Shown here piece after piece: positions 18,591-20,000 of a stretch of DNA of 20,000 bases. This stretch comes from Lobosporangium transversale (lineage: Eukaryota). The notes beneath the pieces are model-generated. The model was not told the DNA's origin. It made no database searches and saw only the letters and a list, made by a program, of their open reading frames with translations. The stretch's first letter is position 1; the number at the start of each line of letters is the position of its first letter. Where the stretch lies: NCBI RefSeq assembly GCF_002105155.1, contig NW_019029020.1, forward strand, positions 357,493 through 377,492. Reading direction: 5' to 3'. A program made the translations under genes and the position numbers.

Positions 18591-20000
18591 CTAGCTAGAA
18601 CTTTGAGATCTTAGATGAGGGGCATTCACAGCAAGCCACTCTATCGCTTCACCATTAAAGCATCCATCCATGCAGACCTCTTGAATATGCGGTACTGCCG
18701 CGATGAATTGACGTGTCTGATCCAGAGTCATTGGGGAAACCAAGCGTCCAATATTAATAAACTCCAACCTTGAAAAAAAAGGCTGTTGCTCTTGTTCTTG
18801 CCTGCACTCCAAAGTTGAGGCGACTAGTATCATTTCAACATGTATGTTGCTACCCCAGAGAGTCAACCGTTCCAAGTTGATCAATTGTCCAAGCCTTTTT
18901 CGAATTGCTGTATGGTCTTTGGGCTGTACATGAAGTCGATTCATACTCAACTCTCTCAGTGTCAATTTGCATGCCCACTCAAATTGTCCAGCGAATACCT
19001 CTGAAGACAGTTCAACTGCTGTTAGGTCCAGTACGACAAGATGAGAGTACGACCTGACTATCTCCTGTATGCCTCGATAGGTAACATAGGCGCTATGAAA
19101 AAGCGATAACTCCTTAACTCTACTACACAGTCGAGAGAGAGCACTCAGGGTTAGATCGTCCATACGTGATCCACCCACATGAAAACTTTGTAGATCCGGG
19201 AATGATCGGAAAAGAGCGATCCACAGGTCGTTCGACATGCTCTTCTGAGCTGCCAGCATTGTGAAGGAGGTCATGTCAGGACAATAAATAGGTAATGCAT
19301 CAAAAATAACCCGGATGTCTTGCCCGGAGTAATGGCCACCTAGCTGGATGCTTCGTAATCGACACAATCCTTTTAAGGCGATCAGAAGATTAGGGATATC
19401 CATACAACAATGAGGTAGACGTAGGTCTTCCAGAGGATGCAAAAGATCACTAGAATCCCATTGAAGGGTTTCGTCCTTGCTTTCACTTTCAGTAAAGGAA
19501 CTGGCATGTATTTTGAAGTTCATTCCACGTAACACTAACTTGTGACACTTGGGAAAAGCATCTAAAAATTCCTGAAGAGAAAAGTAAACCGTATTGTTGC
19601 CTTGCCATTGTGATGAGAGAGTAATTTCAAGTCTCTTCAGATGACTCCAAGAACCATATCCTAATTCGTTTGCCTGCAGGCTTTTGGTAATGAACTGCTG
19701 GCACTCTCGGCCTGTCAAATATAGCTCCAATGAGCGCAGTGCATGAAATACAGGGAGTGATGCTCCACTTGTAGTGCCATCAACAAAGACTCTGTTCTCC
19801 TCAGGAAGTGCACGATCAACGGCAGCTAGTGAGGTGACGTTGGGGCATAGTTGGTGGAGACGTGAGGGGAGGTCCTTATGGCCGATCCAGCCTGTTATTC
19901 GCACATCACGGATGAGATGACCATAGAGTGGAAGGACATTAAGGAAGGCATTGATCTGAGTGGACTGAGTAATCCGAACGTGGCGCCAGATATGGGAGAA
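18591..20000 (-). CDS. F-box/LRR (RNI-like) protein, 5' end outside the window
   Basis: The frame is open from 20000 (FSHIWRHVRI...YGHLIRDVRI, typical post-F-box sequence) to the stop at 18591. LRR-like units include CPNVTSL, LRSLELY, LKRLEIT, FPDLQSFHV, CSRVKELSLFHSAYVTYRGI, LVVLDLT and LERLTLW. The F-box core itself is not visible. Confidence 0.8.
   Translation of the reverse strand, partial: FSHIWRHVRITQSTQINAFLNVLPLYGHLIRDVRITGWIGHKDLPSRLHQLCPNVTSLAAVDRALPEENRVFVDGTTSGASLPVFHALRSLELYLTGRECQQFITKSLQANELGYGSWSHLKRLEITLSSQWQGNNTVYFSLQEFLDAFPKCHKLVLRGMNFKIHASSFTESESKDETLQWDSSDLLHPLEDLRLPHCCMDIPNLLIALKGLCRLRSIQLGGHYSGQDIRVIFDALPIYCPDMTSFTMLAAQKSMSNDLWIALFRSFPDLQSFHVGGSRMDDLTLSALSRLCSRVKELSLFHSAYVTYRGIQEIVRSYSHLVVLDLTAVELSSEVFAGQFEWACKLTLRELSMNRLHVQPKDHTAIRKRLGQLINLERLTLWGSNIHVEMILVASTLECRQEQEQQPFFSRLEFINIGRLVSPMTLDQTRQFIAAVPHIQEVCMDGCFNGEAIEWLAVNAPHLRSQSSS

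Noticed and set aside
1..20000. CRISPR array, tRNA/rRNA, transposase or prokaryotic operon
   Set aside because: No regularly spaced repeats, cloverleafs, terminal repeats or transposase/RT motifs were seen, and the genes carry spliceosomal introns.

Overview
Gene-dense eukaryotic DNA with short spliceosomal introns and long poly(A)/poly(T) tracts. The gene families and layout resemble an early-diverging fungus such as Mortierellaceae (inference, not a database result). Six genes can be built with frame-consistent splicing. On +: a 1000-aa F-box/LRR-like protein and an 877-aa BTB/POZ protein whose model needs a GC-AG intron. On -: a 1439-aa RhoGAP-domain protein with a long disordered tail, a 409-aa intronless DAGK/sphingosine-kinase-family lipid kinase, a zeta-crystallin-like NADPH:quinone oxidoreductase with a possible mitochondrial presequence, and a 5'-truncated F-box/LRR gene. 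A seventh CDS may end at 136. I found no CRISPR array, tRNA, rRNA or recognisable transposon, and I cannot claim a new biological system. The most unusual signals are two adjacent cullin-adaptor genes whose F-box and BTB domains are each split by very large in-frame insertions, a structured GC-AG intron containing a decoy acceptor, a 5' splice site self-paired with a U1-like sequence, and an 86-bp gap upstream of a dual-ATG oxidoreductase.
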